Shown: positions 1-7,889 of the stretch, piece by piece | How the letters are laid out: each line of letters begins with the position of its first letter | Position numbering within the stretch: position 1 is the stretch's first letter | Assembly: GCA_037444085.1 (NCBI GenBank) | Contig: JBBINC010000096.1 | Span: 1-12,176 of the forward strand | From: Acidobacteriota bacterium | GTDB lineage: Bacteria; Acidobacteriota; Thermoanaerobaculia; Thermoanaerobaculales; Thermoanaerobaculaceae | DNA: 12,176 bases | Reading direction: 5' to 3' | Made by a program: the position numbers and the translations under genes | Notes under the pieces: generated by a model | Told to the model about the DNA's origin: nothing | Databases searched by the model: none | What the model saw: the letters and a program-made list of their open reading frames with translations, nothing else

Positions 1-369
1 AATATGCGAGTTGTCGAACCTGCCTTGAGGCACAGGCCGAGTGACGAAGTTGGGCGGCACCGGCGCGACCGGTGCACGCGGGCACACCGGGTCTCCTGCG
101 CTCACTTGCGGTGAATGGCAGCGGCTCAAGGAGCCCAGCGGGGCGCGCCGCCTCCGGCGCTCCCCTCGGTCATGGCTTCCAGTACTCGGCGCGGCGGGCG
201 GTGATGCCATCGTAGAAGGTGCGCAGCACCGATGAACCGAATGGGAATCGCGCCACATCTGGGGCGGCGCAGGCCGTGCGAAGACGTGCCGTGGGACTCC
301 GTGTTTGCCCTGGTGACGCAGATGCAAAGGATTTCTGCCCCCAACGGTGCTCCGACCGAATCGTCATGA

Positions 370-2244
370 TCACCTCGTCCGCCTGGTGGGCAGCGGGAAG
401 TAGCTCACGCTGCCGCGGCGCGGCTCCCAGGGGGAGATGAAGCGAGAGCGGGGGTCGCGGTCCTCGCTGGCGGAAAGCACCGCCTCGTCGGCCTCGGCCC
501 ACGGCTCCGCCTTGCGGCGGGCGACGCGGGCGTCGATGGCATCCAACTCCTTGTGCGCCAACTCGCGGATGTCCTTGCGCATCCCCTGGGCGGCGATCTC
601 CTCGGTGAATCTGCGGCGCCCGTCCACCAGGTCGGCGACGTAGGCCTCGATCTGCTCGTCGCTGTAAAACCCCCTGGCGTCCCACGACGCCAGCTCGCTG
701 CCCTCGCAGGCGATGACGTACTCGGTGCCGAGGCGGCCCCTGGCGTACTGGTTGGTGCCGCGCAGATCGCCCCGCTGCAGCGCCGCCATGAGGTCGATGG
801 GCACCCGCTGCACCTTGCGGATGAGCGTCTTCTTGCCCGTCGCCCTGTCGATCTCGATGACCTCGCCCATGCCGCCGGTGTTGTACTGGAAGAAGTGCAC
901 CTTGCCCGGGTAGCGGGCCTGAAGGTCCATGACGATGTCGTGGAAAGCGTTCACCTTGCGCCCCTGCGCGCCGATGACGAAGTCGTCCATGCCAACGATG
1001 CGCACGCTCTCGCCCGCCTTGGCCGGCACCGTTGCGAAGGAGTGGGTGGACTCCCCCCACAGGTAGGCCATCACCCCCTGCGCCGGCGTCAGACGCTGGG
1101 CGAAGGGCATGATGGTGTTGCGGCGGGTGATGAAGGCGAAGATGATGCCGTCCAGCTCCTCCAGCGGCGGGGTGTTGATGGACTGGTAACAGATCGACTC
1201 CCACCTCCGGCCGCGCTTGACCTTGAGCTGCCGGCGGTTGAGCACGCCGCGGCCGTTTTCGCCCAGGCGCTCGTCGGTGAAGTCGATCTCCCCCCTGTGG
1301 TTGACCATGACGTTTTCGAGCAGGGCGCTGCGATGCGCCAGCGCCCGGTACATGGCTTCCTGCATTTCGAGCGACACGTCGGTCTTGACGTAGTAGTTCT
1401 GCTCGGTGCCGTACGACGAGCCGTCGCGGCGCAGCCAGACGATGTCGTCCTGCGCCACCCAGGTGCCCTCGCCGGCCGCGGAGTCGAGCCCCAGCTGGTG
1501 GCACGACCAGGTGGACTTGCCCGTGGCCGTGAGGCCGAACATGAAGACGGCGTAGGTCTTGAGCTTGCCGGAGCGGGTGTCGCGAGCGCGCACGACCTTG
1601 GTGCCGGCGTGCAGCCCCAGCATACCGCGCTGATCGGCGCGGAACATCCCCTGGCGCAGGAACCCCTTCTTGCACTCGCCGGTGTAGTCGGTGCCCAGGG
1701 CGATGTTGATGTCGTGTTCGGGGAGCACCAGCACCTGCATGCGCAGTTGGTGCTCCATGGGGATGTGGATCATGGTGAACTCGGGGCCGGGCCGCCCGCG
1801 GCGCACGTCGTCCACCGTGCAGCCCCACTCGTAGGCGAGGCGGTAGTTCTTGGCGTCGGCCGTACACACATAGAGGTTGCAGATCGGGTTGAACTCGGGG
1901 TTATCGCCCATCTGCCGGCGCACGTGCACGAACGGCATGGTGCGCATGATCTGCAGCACCTTGTGCAGCTGATCCGGCGCCCTGGCGACGATGGCCAGTT
2001 GCTCGGGGGTCGGGGTGGGCAGGACGATCTCGGGGCCACCGCCCAGGTACACTGTCTTGGCCGCCTGCCGCGACGAAATCGCCGACCACCACAGCGGCGA
2101 GCCCTGCCGCGTCAGGAAGGCGGTCTTGAGCGCCTTGCGCCGCAGCGTGCGCATGCCGGCGTGCTCGATGTTGCGCCCATCGAGCGCGCCGCGCAGATTC
2201 TCGGCGAAACGCCGGTACACGTCGAGATCATAAGGTCCTGCCAT
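370..2244 (-). CDS. Divergent phosphoenolpyruvate carboxykinase (ATP)-family protein, 624 aa. The real start is the internal ATG at 2244, not the 980-aa ORF start. The Arg-rich N-terminal extension of the listed ORF is spurious.
   Basis: The translation carries the PEPCK(ATP) signature blocks in the right order: 'YTGECKKGF' (cf. PckA 'YGGEMKKGMF'), the P-loop 'FMFGLTATGKSTWS' (cf. 'FFGLSGTGKTTLS'), 'QDDIVW' (cf. 'GDDEHGW'), 'EQNYYVK...AMYRALAHRSALLENVMVNHRGEIDFTDERLGENGRG' (cf. 'EGGCYAK...AIRRDALLENVTV..G.IDF.D....ENTR'), 'IIFAFITRRNTIMPFAQRLTPAQ' and 'FQYNTGGMG' (cf. 'YLVNTGWNG'). The catalytic Lys-Lys, His, GK(S/T)T, Asp and Arg positions are retained. A good SD (GAGGTG) sits 4-5 nt upstream of the ATG at 2244 on the minus strand. 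About 60 aa of extra charged, coiled C-terminal tail are present relative to E. coli PckA. The stop was verified at 370-372. Confidence 0.7.
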   Translation of the reverse strand: MAGPYDLDVYRRFAENLRGALDGRNIEHAGMRTLRRKALKTAFLTRQGSPLWWSAISSRQAAKTVYLGGGPEIVLPTPTPEQLAIVARAPDQLHKVLQIMRTMPFVHVRRQMGDNPEFNPICNLYVCTADAKNYRLAYEWGCTVDDVRRGRPGPEFTMIHIPMEHQLRMQVLVLPEHDINIALGTDYTGECKKGFLRQGMFRADQRGMLGLHAGTKVVRARDTRSGKLKTYAVFMFGLTATGKSTWSCHQLGLDSAAGEGTWVAQDDIVWLRRDGSSYGTEQNYYVKTDVSLEMQEAMYRALAHRSALLENVMVNHRGEIDFTDERLGENGRGVLNRRQLKVKRGRRWESICYQSINTPPLEELDGIIFAFITRRNTIMPFAQRLTPAQGVMAYLWGESTHSFATVPAKAGESVRIVGMDDFVIGAQGRKVNAFHDIVMDLQARYPGKVHFFQYNTGGMGEVIEIDRATGKKTLIRKVQRVPIDLMAALQRGDLRGTNQYARGRLGTEYVIACEGSELASWDARGFYSDEQIEAYVADLVDGRRRFTEEIAAQGMRKDIRELAHKELDAIDARVARRKAEPWAEADEAVLSASEDRDPRSRFISPWEPRRGSVSYFPLPTRRTR

Positions 2245-2589
2245 GCCCACCTCGCCGGCACCCCGTGCCGCCGCCGCAGCATAGCCGCTTGTATCGCGGC
2301 GGCGCAAGCGACCCCACCAGGCCGGCGAGGCCTTGCGAAACGATCGCTCCGGGGAGGTAGCTTTCGACGATGATCGGAGAAGCCCTCCCCAAGCCGCCGA
2401 CGAGGCCGGGCGAGCAAGCCGAGCCACCGCCCGGCGACATCGCGAGGTGGCACGACGGGTTCGCGTGCCCGTCCTCCTGCGGCCAAGCCACGCTTGACGT
2501 GGGAAAGGCGATACTGAAACCCCCAAACGACGTCTGGAAGGAGGGCTTTTTGACAGTGACGGCGTTTTTGACGAACAGCGCGACTTCTG

Positions 2590-3785
2590 GTGTGCTTCTC
2601 GCTCATGGCCGCGGTCGGCACCGCCTCCACTCCGGTAGACCTCACGAAAGTTCAGCCGTACTCTCCACCCGCCTCCGGGCCCAGCGGGGGCCCGGTGCCA
2701 TATGGCGGCTCGAGCACCCAGGCCATCCTCGACGATTTCAACCGGCCCGACGGGCCAATCGGCGCCAACTGGACGGTGCTGGACGGGTCGTGCAGCGTCT
2801 CGAACAACGCCGCGGTGTGCGCCGGTGCGGGTCGGGCCACCTCCAACGGCGCCTCGGGTAGCGGCGATACCGCCGAGATGCACGTGGCTGCCAACGGCAC
2901 GTTCCTCCAGTACGCGGCCCTGCTGCTCAACTTCGGTGCCGGCAGTTCCAACCTCTTCCTGAAGGTGCAGAACCAACGCCACGCGAATCCCCAATTCGGC
3001 CACGCTGCGTGCTACATCGGCAACAACGGCACGGCGTTTGGTCTCGGGTTGTTCGACCTGAGCTCCCCGTTCTCCACCACGCACATGAAGGCGACGCGGT
3101 CCGGCAGTACTGTGACGCTCGAGTCCACCAACATCGACGGCGGCGCCCAGCCCGACCAGACCTACCTCTGCAACGGCGCTCCGCCGGCCGAGGGGACCGG
3201 CCCCGGCATCGGCGGTTGGGACGGAATCGCACGCATGGACAACTTCGCCGTGGGAGTCGCAGCAGCACCGGCCGACGTGAGCGGGACGAAGACAGTGAGC
3301 GGCGGCCCGCACCGGCCGGGCGGTTCGATCACCTACACCATCGTGCTCGCCAACGGAGACCCGGTGCCCAGAGTGACAACCCCGGTGACGAGTTCTCGGA
3401 CACCCTCCCGTCCCGACTCACCGCCACCGGCGCCTCCGCCAGCTCGGGCACGGTCACGCGGGCCGGCAACCCGGTAACCAAAAAATGGCACCATCGCACC
3501 CGGCGGTTCGGTGACGATTTCGATCTCGGCCGCCATCAACGCGGGCGTGCCCGGTGACACCACGGCCTCCAACCAGGGCACGATCTTGTACGACGGAGCC
3601 GGCAGTGGCAGCAACGGCTCGACCCGCCTCACCGACGACCCGACGGTGAGCGGCGCCGCGGACCCGACCACGTTCGTAGTCACCGTACCCGAGGCGATCC
3701 CGGCGCTCGACCCGGTGGCCTCGCCGGGCTCGTTCTGCTGCTCGGCGTGGTCGCCTTCTTCCTGTTCATGCGCCGCCTCGGCTGA
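2590..3785 (+). pseudogene. Surface protein disrupted by at least 3 frameshifts. Architecture: N-terminal concanavalin/LamG-like jelly-roll domain, then a DUF11 ('conserved repeat') domain, then a C-terminal hydrophobic anchor with an RR tail. The cause could be pseudogenisation, phase variation, or local sequencing indel errors.
   Basis: Frame 1 (2590-3368) reads '...DDFNRPDGPIGANWTV...ARMDNFAVG...GGSITYTIVLANGDPVP'. The DUF11 consensus then continues in frame 0 from about 3369 to 3478 ('QSDNPGDEFSDTLPSRLTATGASASSGTVTRAGNPVT'). It returns to frame 1 after the A7 tract at 3479-3485 ('NGTIAPGGSVTISISAAINAGVPGDTTASNQGTILYDGAGSGSNGSTRLTDDPTVSGAADPTTFVVTVPEAIPALDP'). It moves to frame 0 again near the C-run at 3711-3713, giving 'PGGLAGLVLLLGVVAFFLFMRRLG*' with a TGA at 3783-3785. 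All three switches coincide with homopolymer runs (C3, A7, C3). The start is uncertain: there is a GTG at 2590 and an ATG at 2605 in frame, but no convincing signal peptide in that frame. Confidence 0.55.
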
Positions 3786-4627
3786 CGGGCCAGAGGCTCG
3801 AGAGTGCTGCGGCCCCGCGTGGAACTCACGGGCACTGGCTGCCCCCCAGCCGAGCCCTGCGGCGGCGGCATCTTCGTGGGCTTCGACACCTCCCCGGCGT
3901 CCTTCGACCTCGAAGCCAACCCTGACTACTTCGAGAGCGTGCGTGGGCTGGTGGAAAACTGTTCCGTGCGCCACACCCCACTCCCCGGCATCGGCCTTCA
4001 TGCTGCTCGGGACGCGGTGATCCGCCACAACACCCTCATCGACACCGCCCGCTCGGCACACGCCCCGATCTACTTCGGCGTCTCGTTCCAGGACTGGGAG
4101 CCGGAGGCCCAGCGGCCATCCTCGGTGCGCCCGACGCTGGTCAACAACCTCGTCGTCGCCAGCGACACCGGTTCGCGAGACTGCCTGGCCGTCCGCCACA
4201 CCACCGAGCTGGGGGGGTGGCGGGGCTCGCAGGGATGCCGGTGGCGGAGTACAACCTCTACTTTCGTGCTACCGGCCCGTGCGCCTTCACCGAGGCCCGG
4301 CCGGAGGCACGCCAGGAAAGGGGAGATCTGGCGGCCTGGCGAGTCCACACCGCGGCCGAGCAGCACTCCCTGGAGAGGGATCCACGCCTCGACCCCACGG
4401 GCCAGCTGCACGCCGGGAGTCCGGCCATCGATGCGGGGAGCTGCGGGGCGGCGCCGTCGACCGACGTGGACCGCGACCCGCGCCCGTTGGGAGCGGGTTG
4501 CGATCTCGGCGCCGACGAGTGGGGACCGCGCCTGCGCCGGCCCCGCCGTCACCCTCGCAGTACTTTCGCTCCTGGCAACGGTCCTCACCCTCGCCCGCAT
4601 GCCGCCGCCGCGACCCCCGGGCGGTAA
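3786..4627 (+). pseudogene. Right-handed parallel beta-helix repeat protein remnant (pectate-lyase-superfamily-like). It has no N-terminus or signal peptide, is frameshifted at a G7 tract, and ends in a C-terminal hydrophobic anchor. The 3' boundary is uncertain; the frame-0 ORF runs on to 4817.
   Basis: Frame 0 begins directly after the upstream TGA with mid-domain beta-helix sequence ('GGGIFVGFDTSPASFDLEANPDYFESVRGLVENCSVRHTPLPGIGLHAARDAVIRHNTLIDTARSAHAPIYFGVSF...PTLVNNLVVASDTGSRDCLAVRHTTELGG'). After the G7 tract at 4211-4217 the sense continues in frame 2 ('AEYNLYFRATGPCAF...LAAWRVHTAAEQHSLERDPRLDPTGQLHAGSPAIDAGSCGAAPSTDVDRDPRPLGAGCDLGADEWGP'). This is the classic C-terminal cap motif of beta-helix proteins (DPxF.dpa.gDfrL.agSPAIDaG...D.DG.PRP.G..DiGA.E). 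It then returns to frame 0 near the G4 at 4521-4524 ('CAGPAVTLAVLSLLATVLTLARMPPPRPPGG'). No in-frame start or signal peptide exists upstream in any frame. Confidence 0.5.
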
Positions 4628-4813
4628 CGCCCGAGGGTCCCGTGCGCAGCCGCGCCGGCCCGCGTTCTCCTCGGTTGTGAACCGGTCGGCGCCACGCATG
4701 GCTAAAAGCCCCTTCAGCTCGGGTATGGCGCCCGAGGGAGAGGAGAACCGGGCCGCGGTGGGCCACTGCAGGGGAGAGTCGGGAACAGGGGGCCAGCCGG
4801 CGGAAATCAGGCG

Positions 4814-7711
4814 CTAGGGCGGGGCGGCCGAGCGCTGCAGCCGCTCCCGGAAGAAACCGACGATGGCCTCGGTCACCTCGACACGGCTGGGCTCTACAGG
4901 GCCGCCTTCCGGGGATAGCCCGTGGCCGGCGTTGCGCACCAGCAGCAGCTGGGCCGGGACGCCGGCCGCCGAGAGCTCCTCCGCCAACGCCTGCGACTGG
5001 GAGGGTGGCACGAGGGTGTCCAGCTTGCCGTGCACGAAGAGGAATGGCGGATCGTCGGAGGTGACGTAGGTGATGGGGCTCGCCAGGGCCCGGTCGAAGC
5101 CACCGAAGACCGCGTTCCGGCCGTCGTAGCCGCCGGCGAACGGCACGGTGAAGTCCGTGGGGCCGTAAAGGCTCGCCACCGCCTGCACGCGGCTGGATTG
5201 CTCGGGGTACTCGCCCACCACGAAGCCAGCTGAAGGGTCGCTGGTGCCGAGGAGGGAGACCAGGTGGCCGCCGGCGCTGGTGCCCCAGGCGCCGATGCGT
5301 TGGCGATCCAGGTGGAGTTCGCCAGCGTGGGCCCGCAAGAAACGGATGGCGCAGGCCACATCCTCGATCATCGCCGGGAACGGGTGGGCCGGGGCCAGCC
5401 GGTAGTTCACCGACGCCACCAGAAAGCCGGCGTCCCGCAGCGCGGCGATCTCGCTCGCGCCAGAGGGATCCTGCTTGCTGCCGCCCACCCAGCCACCCCC
5501 GTGCACGAACACCGCGCCGGGCCAAGGCCCGGCGGTGTCGGGGTAGTACAGGTCGAGGCGCAGGGGGACTCCGGCCATCGTGCAGAACAGCACATCCTTC
5601 TCCACCGTGCCAAGTTTGGCCGCGGGGAAGTCCCGCTCCTGCCGCTGCGCCATGGCCACGATGTCCTGGGAGGTGACCACCGCGAGGTGCTCGGCGGCGA
5701 AGGCGACGAGTTCCTCATAGGCGGCCCAGATGGCCTCCCGCTCGGCGGCGGGGCGAGGCTGCGAGGGGTCGGGCGCGTCGAGATTCCAGGGCGGCGGCAG
5801 AGGGTTGCCGCGGCGGCCACCGGAGATTTCGAAATAGATCGAGGACCACCCCTCGGGCCCCCGGAAGGCGAAGTTGTTCTCGTGGATGAGGGCGGTGATG
5901 AAGGGCGGTCGGGGGGCGCCGGCGTCCCGCCACCGCTCGAGCTCCGCCTCCAACATCTTCTTGGGGCGGAAGCGATCGCCACCCACCCCCGCGATGCGGT
6001 TCCACCAGAAATCGTTGGAGCCGTCCACCGAGGTGGTGCGGGTGATGGAGAAGTCGCTGGGCCGCACCAGGAGGCCTTGCTGGTACTCGAACGGTTGCTC
6101 GAGATCTGTCCCCGCCTCGTGGTAGATCACAGTCATCTGCGCCCCGAGATCGCGCAGCACCGCAAGGCCCACCTCTCGAATGGTCGGGTCGTTGTTGGGG
6201 ATCGAGGCGACCACCGGGAGGCGCGCGAAGGCCTGCGCCACCATGCGGTACCCCCCGGCTCGGGAGCGGTCGAGCTCACCGGTGGAGAGATCCAGCGCGA
6301 ACGTCTCGTACTCGCGCAGCGTGCGGTACAACGAGGCGGCATCCAGCCCCGCGAGGCCAGCGCCGAAGCCGCTGCTCGCCGGGTGGGGGGGGCGCACGTG
6401 GTACGAGATCGTCATGGTCGAGTGTTTGAGCCGGTCGATGACCTGCGGATGCCGCTCGGCCAGCACCCGCGTGATCTCGGGAGTGAGGTAGAAGTCCCCC
6501 GCCACGCCGTGCCGCTCGAACAGGTCCACCAGCCGCAGCAAGGTGGCGGCGCTCTCGTCCGGGTGGGTCCAGTCGTGCACGTTGACGGCGAAGGTGATGG
6601 CGCCCGGCGGGCTGGACGCGCCGCTGTCGCCACGCTCGAGCCGCCGCCGCACCGGCCGACCGGGCTGCTCTCCTCCGCCCTGCTCCCAGCGTCGGTAGCT
6701 TTCCGCCATCTCTGAAAGCGTGGCCCAGCGCACTTTTCCTTGCTGAACCAGAGGATCTACCTGTTCGGTGAGAAAGCGTTCGAGGATGTCGAAGGGCCGG
6801 GCAGGATCGCCGCGGAACTCCCCTGGATGCACCGTGAAGTGGAAGACGTTGACCTTGTCGGCGCTGGCGGCGGCCACCGAGTTGCCGAGCGCCTCGGCCA
6901 GGAGGCGGAAAAACCCCTCAGGGTCGTTGCCGCGGTCGACGGAGCCGAAATTCTCTTCGTCGTACTTCCCTTCCGGCAGGAAGATGACCGGGCCCTCGGG
7001 GTCATGGGTGAGGAAAGCGGAGAAATCCCTCCCATCGGTTCCACCGGCCGGCCGCCAGGGGTTCACCCCCACCAGCGCCAGGGGAGTGGACTGGTTGGTG
7101 GGGTTCTTCCAGTCGCTCTGCACCGACAGCCCCGCGCAGGCGGCTGCCTCATACAGCGAGGGATACAGGTTGCCACCGCTCCAGTAGGAAATCGTACCGA
7201 CGCCCGAGGCCTGTTTGACGAGGTCGATTTCCTCCGCCATCACCTGGCACCAGCGCTGCGGCTGGAGCGACGACGAGCCCCGCCCGAGGTGGGCATCTTC
7301 GTGAAAGTGCAGGGCGATCTCGTGGCCGCGCTGAGCCAGCTGCTCCAGGATGGGGTTGCCGAAGGCGATGGCGGCGGTGGTAAAGGGGGACTGGGCCTGG
7401 ATGGTCATGCGCCCACCGTACCGCTCCGCCATGCCCGTCACCGCCAGGATGTCCTCCACGTGTCTTGAGAAAAAAACGCTGTTGTGGTAGCCGCCTCCGC
7501 CGCTGCCGTACCCCTGGGCGGTGGTGCCCAACGGCTCGATGTGCATGCCGATGGTGAACAGCAGGACGGGTGGCGAGCCGCCCGCCTGCCCGCCCGCCGA
7601 GGTGACGACCACGACGCATGCCGCGACCCCGGTGATCAGGCGATACCACCAGCCGGCGCGCACGCTGCCAGCTGTCGATGTCGTCGCTCGCTTCGCTTGC
7701 TTGCGGCTCAT
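4814..7711 (-). CDS. Secreted or membrane-anchored multidomain carbohydrate esterase, 965 aa. N-terminal signal peptide or anchor, two tandem divergent polysaccharide-deacetylase (NodB/CE4-like) domains, and a C-terminal alpha/beta-hydrolase fold-3 (HSL-family/BD-FAE-like) esterase domain.
   Basis: It is an intact 2898-nt ORF with a strong SD (GGGGGAGGGG) 8 nt upstream of the ATG at 7709-7711. The N-terminus 'MSRKQAKRATTSTAGSVRAGWWYRLITGVAACVVVVTSAGG' has a positive n-region and a hydrophobic core. Repeat 1 is 'LLFTIGMHIEP...RGHEIALHFHEDAHL' (cf. the NodB motif 'GHEIGNHTxxH'). Repeat 2 is 'ITFAVNVHDWTHPDES...HGVAGDFYLTPE...ISYHVRPPHP'. The C-terminal domain is 'AVFVHGGGWVGGSKQ...VNYRLAPAHPFPAMIEDV...RIGAWGTSAGGHLVSLL...HGKLDTLVP...NAGHGL', carrying the HGGG oxyanion motif, a GxSxG nucleophile elbow, and the catalytic Asp and His. 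An internal T7 run (7469-7475) is read in frame with no disruption. Confidence 0.85.
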   Translation of the reverse strand: MSRKQAKRATTSTAGSVRAGWWYRLITGVAACVVVVTSAGGQAGGSPPVLLFTIGMHIEPLGTTAQGYGSGGGGYHNSVFFSRHVEDILAVTGMAERYGGRMTIQAQSPFTTAAIAFGNPILEQLAQRGHEIALHFHEDAHLGRGSSSLQPQRWCQVMAEEIDLVKQASGVGTISYWSGGNLYPSLYEAAACAGLSVQSDWKNPTNQSTPLALVGVNPWRPAGGTDGRDFSAFLTHDPEGPVIFLPEGKYDEENFGSVDRGNDPEGFFRLLAEALGNSVAAASADKVNVFHFTVHPGEFRGDPARPFDILERFLTEQVDPLVQQGKVRWATLSEMAESYRRWEQGGGEQPGRPVRRRLERGDSGASSPPGAITFAVNVHDWTHPDESAATLLRLVDLFERHGVAGDFYLTPEITRVLAERHPQVIDRLKHSTMTISYHVRPPHPASSGFGAGLAGLDAASLYRTLREYETFALDLSTGELDRSRAGGYRMVAQAFARLPVVASIPNNDPTIREVGLAVLRDLGAQMTVIYHEAGTDLEQPFEYQQGLLVRPSDFSITRTTSVDGSNDFWWNRIAGVGGDRFRPKKMLEAELERWRDAGAPRPPFITALIHENNFAFRGPEGWSSIYFEISGGRRGNPLPPPWNLDAPDPSQPRPAAEREAIWAAYEELVAFAAEHLAVVTSQDIVAMAQRQERDFPAAKLGTVEKDVLFCTMAGVPLRLDLYYPDTAGPWPGAVFVHGGGWVGGSKQDPSGASEIAALRDAGFLVASVNYRLAPAHPFPAMIEDVACAIRFLRAHAGELHLDRQRIGAWGTSAGGHLVSLLGTSDPSAGFVVGEYPEQSSRVQAVASLYGPTDFTVPFAGGYDGRNAVFGGFDRALASPITYVTSDDPPFLFVHGKLDTLVPPSQSQALAEELSAAGVPAQLLLVRNAGHGLSPEGGPVEPSRVEVTEAIVGFFRERLQRSAAPP

Positions 7712-7889
7712 GGACTTCCCCTCCCCCTTGAGGTCCTAGGACGAAGCAGCGAGGGGGTAGGTTGACGCGGACACACCTGGCATTAGACCCTTCGGGCCGA
7801 CAGCGCCCGGCGCGCCACCATGGCAGGCCGCCGGCGCGGCGGCCCCGCCGCGCCCGTCAAGCAGTCACTCTACGTCGTTTTCACGGGGC

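Noticed and set aside
170-1867. 565-aa minus-strand ORF overlapping the PEPCK-like gene in another frame. Its last 66 codons (170-367, 'MTIRSEHRWGQKSF...VLRTFYDGITARRAEYWKP*') start 2 nt after the PEPCK-like stop.
   Set aside because: The long part is an alternate-frame artefact (Arg/Pro/His junk). The terminal 66-codon piece could in principle be a coupled small gene, but its first half has low GC3, which is atypical for coding sequence in this genome, and it has no motif. It was left uncalled. Positions 1-369 otherwise show no supportable feature.
553-2373. 606-aa plus-strand ORF antisense to the PEPCK-like gene
   Set aside because: The translation is low-complexity (Ala/Gly/Arg/Leu-rich) with no recognisable motifs. 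It is the typical open antisense frame of a 70%-GC gene, and the opposite strand carries clear PEPCK blocks.
2494-2585. Sigma70 promoter for the DUF11 gene (TTGACG at 2494, TTGACA at 2550, TTGACG at 2568)
   Set aside because: No acceptable -10 hexamer sits at 16-18 bp spacing from any of the three -35-like elements. I could not support a call.
370-3312. 980-aa extent of the PEPCK-like ORF as listed by the ORF finder
   Set aside because: Upstream of the ATG at 2244 the frame is Arg/Gly/Ser-rich low-complexity with no homology. The SD-supported ATG at 2244 gives a 624-aa protein matching PEPCK domain order. The longer ORF would also overlap the oppositely oriented surface-protein gene.
4217-4817. 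Treating the frame-2 ORF 4217-4627 and the frame-0 tail to 4817 as separate intact genes; also the CTAG overlap of convergent stops at 4814-4817
   Set aside because: The frame-2 segment is the C-terminal cap of the beta-helix protein, whose N-terminal part is in frame 0 upstream of the G7 tract. It is one disrupted gene, not a standalone CDS with its own start. The frame-0 tail beyond about 4630 ('GGNARGSRAQPRRPAFSS...') is low-complexity and probably not translated. The CTAG stop overlap is then incidental.
5264-6715. 483-aa plus-strand ORF inside the esterase gene
   Set aside because: It is antisense to a motif-rich, SD-supported 965-aa CDS. Its translation is Gly/Arg/Val-rich with no domains.
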